A stretch of DNA of 32,412 bases from an uncultured Gammaproteobacteria bacterium (lineage in GTDB: Bacteria > Patescibacteriota > Microgenomatia > UBA1406 > GWC2-37-13): the NCBI GenBank assembly GCA_964651235.1, contig CAZYXQ010000002.1, positions 1 through 32,412 on the forward strand, read 5' to 3'. The notes below the pieces were generated by a model. It was not told the origin of the DNA and searched no databases. It saw only the letters and a program-made list of their open reading frames with translations. Positions 9,615-17,911 of this stretch are shown here, piece by piece. A program made the position numbers and the translations under genes. The number at the start of each line of letters is the position of its first letter. Positions within the stretch are counted from its first letter, which is position 1.

Positions 9615-10685
9615 GTGGATAATTCGTCTGCTAATCAAACAACACAACAAAATAGCTTGTCAGAAATTGAAAAATTAAGAGTGCAGTTGCAGTCAGCTCA
9701 ACTACCTGCTAACCTTCATGACAAAGCTTTGCAACAGATTGAACGTATAAACCTTACCCTCAAATACGGGGGAAGTCTCGCACAACTTGATATTACAGCC
9801 AAATATATTGACTGGATTACCAATCTTCCCTGGGAAAAAAAATCAGAAGACACACTGGATATTACAAAAGCAAAAGCATTCCTCGACCAAAACCATTTTG
9901 GTCTTGAACCAATAAAAAAAAGAATATTGGAATTTCTTTCCGTCCTTGCATTACAGAAAAAAAATATTCCCGGTGGCACAATCCACGCTCCCAATTTGTT
10001 TTTTGTAGGTTTGGCAGGAACCGGTAAAACTACATTTGCAAAATCAATAGCAGAATCCATGGGAAGAAAATTAGTACGTATCCCGTTTGGTGGACTTTCT
10101 TCTGCAATGGACTTGAGGGGTCAATCCAAAACGTCACCTGAAGCAGAACCGGGAATGATTATGAGAGCTCTTCGAAGAGCCGGTACTAAAAATCCAGTCA
10201 TACTCCTTGATGAACTTGACCGTTGTACTCCTGAGTCCCGATCTGCCATCATGGGAGTCCTAATTGAACTTCTTGATCCGGGTCAAAATTCAAGTTATAC
10301 CGATTATTTTATTGATTATCCGTTTGACCTTTCACAGTGTCTTTTTGTAGCAACCGCAAATAATACAAATACGATTGCAACCGCGGTCATGGACCGGCTT
10401 GAACTTATCCAGATGCCATCCTATAACGATCAGGAAAAAATTGAGATCGGTAAACGGTTTGTCCTTCCGAAATATATGAAAGAATCTGGTCTTACACCGG
10501 AACAACTCCAAATACAGGATGGGGTATGGGCTAAGATGGTAAGACCATTAGGATTTGAACCTGGTATCCGTTCACTTGAAAGGGAAATTGAAGGAATAGT
10601 GAGAAAAACAGCATATCGAATCGTAGCAGGACAAAGTACTTCGGTGATCGTAACTGAGGAAAATATGAGAGAGTTTGTGGGTTAA
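9615..10685 (+). CDS. Lon-type AAA+ ATPase module without LAN N-domain and without protease domain
   Basis: LPWEKKSED...HFGLEPIKKRILEFLSV, Walker A GLAGTGKTT, Walker B VILLDELDR, MDRLELIQMPSY and GIRSLEREIEGIVRKTA are collinear with the Lon coiled-coil plus AAA+ region. The ORF ends (...ENMREFVG) where Lon's protease domain would begin. The start is a GTG, so the boundary is uncertain. Confidence 0.75.
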   Translation: MDNSSANQTTQQNSLSEIEKLRVQLQSAQLPANLHDKALQQIERINLTLKYGGSLAQLDITAKYIDWITNLPWEKKSEDTLDITKAKAFLDQNHFGLEPIKKRILEFLSVLALQKKNIPGGTIHAPNLFFVGLAGTGKTTFAKSIAESMGRKLVRIPFGGLSSAMDLRGQSKTSPEAEPGMIMRALRRAGTKNPVILLDELDRCTPESRSAIMGVLIELLDPGQNSSYTDYFIDYPFDLSQCLFVATANNTNTIATAVMDRLELIQMPSYNDQEKIEIGKRFVLPKYMKESGLTPEQLQIQDGVWAKMVRPLGFEPGIRSLEREIEGIVRKTAYRIVAGQSTSVIVTEENMREFVG

Positions 10686-11161
10686 GCCTTCTCCAGCTCA
10701 AAAAAAGTCATCTTATTTCCTTCTTCATATATTGCTTTATATGATATGATCTTACTGCTCACTCCACAAATGTGAGGAATTACATAGGTGAGTTCTGCTA
10801 AAAGATTCTTTTTTGAAAGGATTTCTTTTTCAGTCAACCACATATATTCACCGTCATTGTTTGGTTTCAGCTTTCCTTTGTCATAATCTGCCACCAACAT
10901 ATGAAAATGAAATTCTTTATTCAAATCTTTTAAATACGCATTACCTATCGCCTTTACCCTTATTTTTTTTATATAGAGGCCTGTTTCTTCAAACACTTCC
11001 CGCCTGGCACATTCGAATAATCCTTCATTAAATTCTCTATGCCCACCGGGAGCCATCCATACATCCGGCATAATGTTTTTTTGAGGACTTCTATGAAGGA
11101 GTAGATAAGTATTACCTTTTTTTACAAAACATTCGAGTGTCACAACGATATTACGGGTCAT
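10682..11161 (-). CDS. NUDIX hydrolase
   Basis: Nudix box GGHREFNEGLFECARREVFEETGL. It lies 15 nt downstream of copA on the same strand. Its stop codon interlocks with the convergent Lon-like stop (TTAA at 10682-10685). Confidence 0.85.
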   Translation of the reverse strand: MTRNIVVTLECFVKKGNTYLLLHRSPQKNIMPDVWMAPGGHREFNEGLFECARREVFEETGLYIKKIRVKAIGNAYLKDLNKEFHFHMLVADYDKGKLKPNNDGEYMWLTEKEILSKKNLLAELTYVIPHICGVSSKIISYKAIYEEGNKMTFFELEKA

Positions 11162-11176
11162 TCACATATTATACAC

Positions 11177-14100
11177 TTAACGCACAAAGGTCGTACCAAC
11201 AATATGCATGTGATCATACCATGTGTTGGTTTTAGGAACTATTCCTGCTATTTCAATATTATTTCCGAAAAATGCGTTGACCCGGTCGCCTTTTTTGGTA
11301 AAAATTTTTTCGGCTATCATCATCTTCGCTTCATCGATTCCGACATACACAGAAACAGGATTTGAACGAGTTAACTTGTTTCTTGAAATATACGGTACAA
11401 GTATCGGGGGTATTTCATTTTCTATAACAAAAAACAATTTCAGTGAATTATCCGGTGCAATTTTTGCAAATAATATCCCTTCTGCCTTAACCGTATTGAA
11501 CGTATTATCATTCATGATATGGAACATATCAAGCATTGTGTTGGTTGGAGCCAAGATCCCGGATACTTTTATTTTCCGTATTCCAAAAAAATTATCGATT
11601 ATATCTCCCGGCTTTTTTATGAGTCCCTCACGAACCATCATCATTCCTTCCTCATACCCGACAACCATCTCATTGTCTTTAAGAGAGGGGGTTCCCATCT
11701 GCAACCTTAAACCTTGAAGATCTTCAGGAGTTGTCGCAATAAACAATTTCGGTGAATCTTTCAAAAATGCATTTTTGATTTGTGGTGATTTTAAAACAGC
11801 AGTTGCGATACGTTTTATATCGTTTGAAACGACTACCGTCCCCATACTACTCATCCCGGAGCTCACCTTCGCAAACGACACAAATAAAGTAAGGAAAATA
11901 ATCCCCATAAATAACGGAGCCGCAAGTGAAACATAATTTGTTTTCCTTGGTGAGAAGAATCGAAGAAGAAGTGAATTGGAAACTACCGAGATTGAAGAAA
12001 GAGCCATTGCTGCTCCTGCAAGTTCAGGCATAAGTACAAGACCAAAATATGATAACGCACGAGCCGCAATGGGAATACCAATAACGTTATAAAATAATGC
12101 AAAAAACATATTTTGTCTAATTTTTCCCATGGTTTCGCGAGACAAATCCATGGCATCATTCACGCTACTTAGATCATTTCTCATTAATACCACTCCCCCT
12201 GTTTCCATTGCCACATCCGCGGCTTTTCCCATGACTATTCCCAGATCTGCCGTCGCAAGAGCGGGAGCATCATTTACTCCATCCCCTACCATAGCAACCC
12301 GTTTTCCTTTCTGTTGCAATTTCCTAATTTTTTGTGCTTTATCCTGCGGAAGTACTCCTGCAATCACATGTTCTATGCCAACCTCTTGCGCAATAGCTTG
12401 GGCAGTACGTTCATTGTCACCTGTTATCATCCAGACTTCAATGTGACGATTTTTAAGTCGCTCAATGGCGGTTTTTGAACTATCTTTAATTGTGTCGGCA
12501 ACTGCAATGTATCCGATTATTCCTTTTTTATCTGCTAAAGACATAACAGTTTTTCCCATCGATTCAAGACGATGTAAGGCATTCTGATTATGATGAGAGA
12601 ATCCAATTTCTCTCATGAAAGAAATATTTCCAAAATAATATGTTTCAGCAGTAATTGTTCCCTCAATCCCTTTCCCCGGATAAGCTTTGAATAGGTTAAC
12701 TTCTTTTAATGTTACATTAAGAGTTTTTGCCTTTAAAAGAAGCGCCTCTGCAAGTGGATGTTCTGAATGCTTTTCAAGTGATGCTGCAATAGATACAAGA
12801 TTCGTTTCTGATTCGTTGCTTCTAACTATTAACATATCTGTCACGACAGGTTTTCCATGGGTTATGGTTCCTGTTTTATCAAACACAATAGTGTTGATTC
12901 GCTCCATTGCTTGAAGCGGTTCACCCCCCTTTATTAATATGCCATGCTCCGCTCCTTTTCCGGTCCCTACCATGATGGCGGTTGGCGTAGCTAGACCAAG
13001 CGCGCATGGACAAGCAATAACAATAACTGATGTAAACGCCATAAGAGCAAAAGAAAGAGTAGCGTGTAAAACGATAAACCAAACGAAAAATGTGAACATA
13101 GCGATAGTAATAACTATCGGAACAAAATAGGATGAGATTTTATCAGCAAAATCTTGTATGGGGGCTTTTGATCCCTGAGCATCCTCGACAAGTCGAACAA
13201 TATGCGACAATATCGTTTCATTTGAGGTTGCCGTTACCTTATATTCTATGCTTCCGTGTTTATTTATTGTACCCCCGATAACTTTTTCACCCATGTGTTT
13301 TTCAACGGGAATACTTTCTCCCGTTATCATAGATTCATCGACAGATGTATTTCCCTTCAATATTATTCCATCGATCGGAATGCGTTCACCCGGTCGCACC
13401 ATAACAACATCATTCTTTTGAACATCATCAATATGGACATCTTTATATTCTGTCCCAACAACCAATCGAGCTGATTTTTCCTGTAATCCCATGAGTTTTT
13501 CAATTGCGTGTGAAGTTTTTCCTTTTGCCTGATGTTCAAGAAGTTTTCCGAGAAGTACAAATGTAATGAGAAATGCTGCGGTTTCAAAATACAATTCAGG
13601 TATTTTTTCCCCTGCCAATCCTACCATTGTCTGATATGTATATATATACCAACCGTAATTGACAACGCTGTATATATATGCAACGGTGGTACCTATGGCA
13701 ATGAGACTATCCATATTGAATGATTTCATCCTTAAAGCCGCGAATGCGCCTTTATAAAACCCATTGCCTAATATAAATAAAACTGGTGTTGTTAAGATAA
13801 ATGATACGATTCCCATATAGGGGAATAGTAACTTTGCTCCCCGGAGAAAGGGAAAAAAATCAAAAATCATAAACACGAGCATCGGAAGACTTAGTAAGAT
13901 ACTTGCAATGAGTTGTCGTTTTTGAACGTTATATTCGTTTGCTTTCATTCGCTTTTCATTTTCACGATCTTCATTTGTCAACATCCGTGCATCATATCCG
14001 GCATTCTTCACAGCTTGGATTAATGTATTGGGATGTGTATTGGAAGATACAACAACAGAGGCTTTTTCAGCAGTAAAATTCACAGTTGCCTGTTCAACTC

Positions 14101-14191
14101 CTTCAACTTTCTGAAGAGACCGCTCAATAAGTGTTGCACATGCACTACAGTGCATACCTAATAGAGAAAGTTTTATTGTAGTTTTTGTCAT
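11177..14191 (-). CDS. copA: Cu(I)-exporting P1B-1-type ATPase (CopA) with an extra TM helix and a roughly 250-aa C-terminal extension
   Basis: N-terminal HMA domain (GMHCSACA), TGES, CPC (IACPCALGLATP), DKTGTIT, GDGVNDAP. TM signatures YNVIGIP and MALSSISV are typical of Cu(I) pumps. After the canonical end (LLLRFFSP) comes one more hydrophobic helix (YVSLAAPLFMGIIFLTLFVSFA) and a 240-aa domain containing an internal duplication. Confidence 0.92.
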   Translation of the reverse strand: MTKTTIKLSLLGMHCSACATLIERSLQKVEGVEQATVNFTAEKASVVVSSNTHPNTLIQAVKNAGYDARMLTNEDRENEKRMKANEYNVQKRQLIASILLSLPMLVFMIFDFFPFLRGAKLLFPYMGIVSFILTTPVLFILGNGFYKGAFAALRMKSFNMDSLIAIGTTVAYIYSVVNYGWYIYTYQTMVGLAGEKIPELYFETAAFLITFVLLGKLLEHQAKGKTSHAIEKLMGLQEKSARLVVGTEYKDVHIDDVQKNDVVMVRPGERIPIDGIILKGNTSVDESMITGESIPVEKHMGEKVIGGTINKHGSIEYKVTATSNETILSHIVRLVEDAQGSKAPIQDFADKISSYFVPIVITIAMFTFFVWFIVLHATLSFALMAFTSVIVIACPCALGLATPTAIMVGTGKGAEHGILIKGGEPLQAMERINTIVFDKTGTITHGKPVVTDMLIVRSNESETNLVSIAASLEKHSEHPLAEALLLKAKTLNVTLKEVNLFKAYPGKGIEGTITAETYYFGNISFMREIGFSHHNQNALHRLESMGKTVMSLADKKGIIGYIAVADTIKDSSKTAIERLKNRHIEVWMITGDNERTAQAIAQEVGIEHVIAGVLPQDKAQKIRKLQQKGKRVAMVGDGVNDAPALATADLGIVMGKAADVAMETGGVVLMRNDLSSVNDAMDLSRETMGKIRQNMFFALFYNVIGIPIAARALSYFGLVLMPELAGAAMALSSISVVSNSLLLRFFSPRKTNYVSLAAPLFMGIIFLTLFVSFAKVSSGMSSMGTVVVSNDIKRIATAVLKSPQIKNAFLKDSPKLFIATTPEDLQGLRLQMGTPSLKDNEMVVGYEEGMMMVREGLIKKPGDIIDNFFGIRKIKVSGILAPTNTMLDMFHIMNDNTFNTVKAEGILFAKIAPDNSLKLFFVIENEIPPILVPYISRNKLTRSNPVSVYVGIDEAKMMIAEKIFTKKGDRVNAFFGNNIEIAGIVPKTNTWYDHMHIVGTTFVR

Positions 14192-14204
14192 TTGAAAATG
14201 TAAA

Positions 14205-15560
14205 TTAGTCTTCTACGACATGAAAAACACCACTATACATCCCCATACTACAGCTGAAAGGAATATCTCCTGTCTCTTCAGGTGTAAATTCAAAGACCTG
14301 TTCTTTTTCAGTAAGTAACGTTCTGATATTATATTTCGGCAACATAAGACTACTTGCACACGAATATGGATATACTGTCTTTACAGCCCACTTAACAGGT
14401 AGACCCTTCTTAACAATAAATGAGTTTGGCTTATACCCGGTTTCATCTTGGACCATTCGTGCGACTTGATATCCATTTTCAGTAATAACATTCGTATTTG
14501 CTTCCTTTTGTATATCGATACCAGATAATCCAGCACTCACTTTCAACAGGTTTAGACCGTTTGTAATATTAAAAATTGCAAGAAATATTACAATAATTCC
14601 CGTAACTTTAAAAAAAAGTCCTGAAAATGAACCTTTCACAAAAGCCGATAAGCTGCCTATTCCTAACAATCCGGGCATCGTACCCAATGCAAAGACCGCC
14701 ATGGTAAGACCTCCTCTTATAAATGATCCTGTTGATACGGCATAAAGCTGTATAGCCTGAGTAAATCCGCAGGGAAGAAAAAAAGTTAACGCTCCTAATA
14801 TCATTGTTCCCAAATGGGAATATTGTTTTTGTCCCCCATCTGTTATCCCTAAGGACCGCGCGATACCTTTTGGAAGAGTGAAGGATATATCAGATAATTT
14901 TGGGATTATCTGTGTTAGTTGGACCCCAAGAAATATCATAAATAATCCTACTCCAACAGTAATAAAGCCGGTAATTGAATTTGATATTTCAAATACTGAT
15001 CCAAGAGCTCCTATCAGACCACCCAAAAGAAAGAAACCTATGATTCTTCCAATATTAAAAAATGTATGAGGTATGAGCATATTCCATCTCCCTACCAGTT
15101 CATTATTCTGCTTAAAGCGTGAAGATATCCCCAAAGTGAGTCCTCCGACTAAAGCCATACAGGTTGAAACACCCGCCGTAAGTCCAACCATAAAAACAAC
15201 CGGATAACTACCATATCCCTTCTGTCCAGTTATCGAAATATTAAATAATCCCAGTTCTTTCAGGATAAGAAATAATAATCCGGCAATAAAAAAAGCATAT
15301 ACTAGATCAAGGTAATCTTTAATATTTGAAGAAATAAATCCTTTCTTTTTTTCTAAACCAGTATCGTATCCTGCATTCCGGATGGCAGTATCAATTTCAT
15401 TTTGCGACATGGTTTTTGAACTATGATATATGGTTGCTAATCCTGTCTTATGACTAACATCAACTTTTTGAACACCTTCAATTTTCTTTAATTCATCTTC
15501 AATAAGTAATTCACAAGATTTACAATGCATTCCTTTTATCGGTACTGAAGTAGTATTCAT
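14205..15560 (-). CDS. Copper-handling membrane protein: N-terminal HMA domain, TauE/SafE- or DsbD-like polytopic core, and a C-terminal Cys/Met beta-rich (cupredoxin-like) domain
   Basis: GMHCKSCE HMA motif, about 7-8 hydrophobic helices, and a C-terminal roughly 100 aa ending ...PYSCASS...IPFSCSMGMYSGVFHVVED. It sits between csoR and copA and overlaps the csoR stop (15557-15560). Confidence 0.7.
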   Translation of the reverse strand: MNTTSVPIKGMHCKSCELLIEDELKKIEGVQKVDVSHKTGLATIYHSSKTMSQNEIDTAIRNAGYDTGLEKKKGFISSNIKDYLDLVYAFFIAGLLFLILKELGLFNISITGQKGYGSYPVVFMVGLTAGVSTCMALVGGLTLGISSRFKQNNELVGRWNMLIPHTFFNIGRIIGFFLLGGLIGALGSVFEISNSITGFITVGVGLFMIFLGVQLTQIIPKLSDISFTLPKGIARSLGITDGGQKQYSHLGTMILGALTFFLPCGFTQAIQLYAVSTGSFIRGGLTMAVFALGTMPGLLGIGSLSAFVKGSFSGLFFKVTGIIVIFLAIFNITNGLNLLKVSAGLSGIDIQKEANTNVITENGYQVARMVQDETGYKPNSFIVKKGLPVKWAVKTVYPYSCASSLMLPKYNIRTLLTEKEQVFEFTPEETGDIPFSCSMGMYSGVFHVVED

Positions 15561-15829
15561 TTGTTGTATAAGCTACTCACTTTTAATATTTCATCAATCA
15601 TCTGCTGTTTTCTTTTTTCATTGCTTGTAGACATCGCTTTTTTAAAACATGAATTTAAGTGATCTTCCATCAGCTGGTGGTGAGCGGACTTTAAAAGTCC
15701 GATCACCGCCAGATTCTGCTGCATGATATCAATGCAGTACTCGCCGTCCCCTGTCATTTGAATAATTTTTTCTATTAAACTTTTTGCCTTTTTATAACTT
15801 ACAAGTATTTTTTCCCTGTGAGTGTTCAT
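15557..15829 (-). CDS. csoR: CsoR-family Cu(I)-sensing transcriptional repressor
   Basis: 90-aa all-helical protein with the C-x24-H-x3-C ligand spacing (YCIDI...EDHLNSC) that characterises CsoR/RcnR (DUF156) sensors. It is the first gene of the copper operon. Confidence 0.85.
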   Translation of the reverse strand: MNTHREKILVSYKKAKSLIEKIIQMTGDGEYCIDIMQQNLAVIGLLKSAHHQLMEDHLNSCFKKAMSTSNEKRKQQMIDEILKVSSLYNK

Positions 15830-15844
15830 TGAATTAATGAATTA

Positions 15845-15875
15845 ATAATACCCATACCCTAGGTATAGGTATTAT
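15845..15875. promoter_or_regulatory. Candidate CsoR operator: 31-bp near-perfect palindrome
   Basis: ATAATACCCATACC-cta-GGTATAGGTATTAT has 14-bp arms with one mismatch (15853/15867) and a 3-bp spacer. It lies between a putative minus-strand promoter (TTGACT at 15900-15905, TATCCT at 15877-15882) and the csoR start (15829). Confidence 0.6.
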
Positions 15876-15935
15876 GAGGATATATGTTTAAAATAAAAAA
15901 GTCAAATGAAGAACTTGTATAATGTGTAATAATGT

Positions 15936-17054
15936 ATGAAAAATCACTATAAGAAAAGCCTTTATTGGATCATTGCACTTGTATTTTCTTGGCGTATTCT
16001 TTTGTTTATTCCTCTTTTTTTTTCGACGTTTGTCCCGGAAGTATCTGGATATATTTATGATCACACTTCTATTTCGACATTTCTATCTTCCTGGGCAAAT
16101 TTTGACGGAGTACATTATCTAAACATCGCATTAAAAGGATATACGACTGAGATGAGATTCTTCCCTCTTTATCCATTACTTGTAAAAATCCTTTCATGGT
16201 GGAGCGATAAAGATACAGTGTTTTTTTACATAGCTTTTATTACATCTCATCTGTTATTACTTCTTGGTCTTTTCCAGTATTACCGTCTGATCCGTCTTGA
16301 CTATAGAGAAAAAACCACATGGCTTACTATCATATGCATACTTATATTTCCAACTTCGTTTTTCTTTGGAAGTATCTACTCGGAGAGTCTGTTTCTCTTT
16401 CTTGTTATTTCATCCCTATACTACGCAAGGACAAAAAACTGGTATCTCGCTGGACTTATGGCAGCTTTTGCAAGTGCAACCCGTGTCGTTGGTTTAATAC
16501 TCCTTCCCGTTCTCATCATCGAATTTATGCAGACGAAAAAAAAATCGTTTGTACAGGGTATCCCAATATTACTTGCTCCATTGGGGTTCATTTTCTACAG
16601 TATATATTGTTTTATCATGTGGAAAAACCCACTTCTTTTTCTTCATCTACAAGGAAATCTGCAAAATGGCCGATCTGTAAACTCACTTGTATTTCCTCTT
16701 CAGACAATATATCGATACTTCAGGATGATCTTCACGGTTTCCCCTCTTCAGTATGATTGGTGGATTGTGATGTTGGAGTTTGCCGTATTTATCTGGGGTA
16801 TCGTATTACTTTTTCTTATGTGGAAACATAGAATCCGCCCCTCATACTTTGTATTTACCATTCTTGGCTTCAGTATTCCTATACTATCTGGAACGTTATC
16901 TGGTTTACCGCGTTATGTTTTGCCGCTTTTTCCTTTTTTCCTGACAATCGCTTTAATAAAAAACAGGTGGATTATCTTTCTTTATGCAGTAATCTGTTTA
17001 ATCCTCTCTTTTATACTCATCCTTTTTTTCACAAGAGGATACTACATTGCGTAG
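15936..17054 (+). CDS. Polytopic membrane protein, PIG-V/GT-C-like mannosyltransferase family (tentative)
   Basis: About 10 hydrophobic helices. The motif WANFDGVHYLNIALKGYTTEMRFFPLYPLL resembles the W-D-x-x-x-Y-L-x-IA-x-x-GY...FFPLYP signature of bacterial PIG-V-like mannosyltransferases. Confidence 0.55.
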   Translation: MKNHYKKSLYWIIALVFSWRILLFIPLFFSTFVPEVSGYIYDHTSISTFLSSWANFDGVHYLNIALKGYTTEMRFFPLYPLLVKILSWWSDKDTVFFYIAFITSHLLLLLGLFQYYRLIRLDYREKTTWLTIICILIFPTSFFFGSIYSESLFLFLVISSLYYARTKNWYLAGLMAAFASATRVVGLILLPVLIIEFMQTKKKSFVQGIPILLAPLGFIFYSIYCFIMWKNPLLFLHLQGNLQNGRSVNSLVFPLQTIYRYFRMIFTVSPLQYDWWIVMLEFAVFIWGIVLLFLMWKHRIRPSYFVFTILGFSIPILSGTLSGLPRYVLPLFPFFLTIALIKNRWIIFLYAVICLILSFILILFFTRGYYIA

Positions 17055-17088
17055 ACAATAATAAGGAAAATGAATAAAAAAAGCGAGA

Positions 17089-17152
17089 GTATAGTTTTTT
17101 TCGACTTGGGACCTGCTTGACAGGAGGACTCCCACGGAGTAAAAAACTATAC
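17089..17152. terminator. Long imperfect stem-loop in a convergent intergenic region (possible bidirectional terminator or small structured RNA)
   Basis: GTATAGTTTTTT (17089-17100) pairs perfectly with AAAAAACTATAC (17141-17152). Inner pairings are ACT/AGT, GGGA/TCCC (17108-17111 / 17130-17133) and CCTG/CAGG (17112-17115 / 17121-17124). Confidence 0.4.
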
Positions 17153-17163
17153 CGAGCGGTTTC

Positions 17164-17838
17164 TTACTCTTCAACTATCTCCACATCTTCAATCAGTACC
17201 GGGCTTACGGGCTTTGACATTTCTCCGGAATCACTCATCTCAACCGGACTTTCTGCAATTTTATCTACTATATCCAATCCTTCAATAACTTTACCGAATA
17301 TCACATAGTTTTTAGGGAGCGGATAATCTGCATGCATGATAAAAAACTGGCTTCCGTTGGTGTTAGGACCCGCGTTTGCCATCGCGATAGTTCCTTTTGT
17401 ATACTCGCCCTCAAAAGGTTCATCATTAAACCGGTATCCAGGACCACCGGTCCCATTACCATCTGGATCTCCTCCCTGGATCATAAATCCTTTAATCACC
17501 CGATGAAAGATTGTATTGTCATAAAAATCTTTTTTTGAAAGTGTAACGAAATTATTCACGGTAATAGGGGTCTCTTTTGCATTGAGTTTTATTCTTATCA
17601 CACCCTCACTTGTGTTTAAAACTGCAGTATAAGTCTTGTTTTTGTCAATTGTAATTGCAGGATTTGAGTCTACTTTTTTTTCTGTTTTTTGAGAGACTTT
17701 AGTACGAGAAGACAGGGAACTTGATGAGTCTGATCTTGTTGATTTTTTTCCATCATCCTTTTTGTATATCACCATAAATGCAATAAATGAAACAAATAAT
17801 AATATTACAACCAATGCAATAACTTGTTCTGTTTTCAT
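17164..17838 (-). CDS. Cyclophilin-type peptidyl-prolyl cis-trans isomerase with N-terminal membrane anchor and Ser-rich linker
   Basis: FHRVIKGFMIQGGDP, GTGGPGYRFNDE, GTIAMANAGPNTNGSQFFI. N-terminal helix IALVVILLFVSFIAFMVIY. Confidence 0.9.
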   Translation of the reverse strand: MKTEQVIALVVILLFVSFIAFMVIYKKDDGKKSTRSDSSSSLSSRTKVSQKTEKKVDSNPAITIDKNKTYTAVLNTSEGVIRIKLNAKETPITVNNFVTLSKKDFYDNTIFHRVIKGFMIQGGDPDGNGTGGPGYRFNDEPFEGEYTKGTIAMANAGPNTNGSQFFIMHADYPLPKNYVIFGKVIEGLDIVDKIAESPVEMSDSGEMSKPVSPVLIEDVEIVEE

Positions 17839-17911
17839 AGATTTAATTAATAAGTTTTATAAATGTAAAAACTATTATATAAAAAATATTCGGATGTTTT
17901 TATACTACTAT

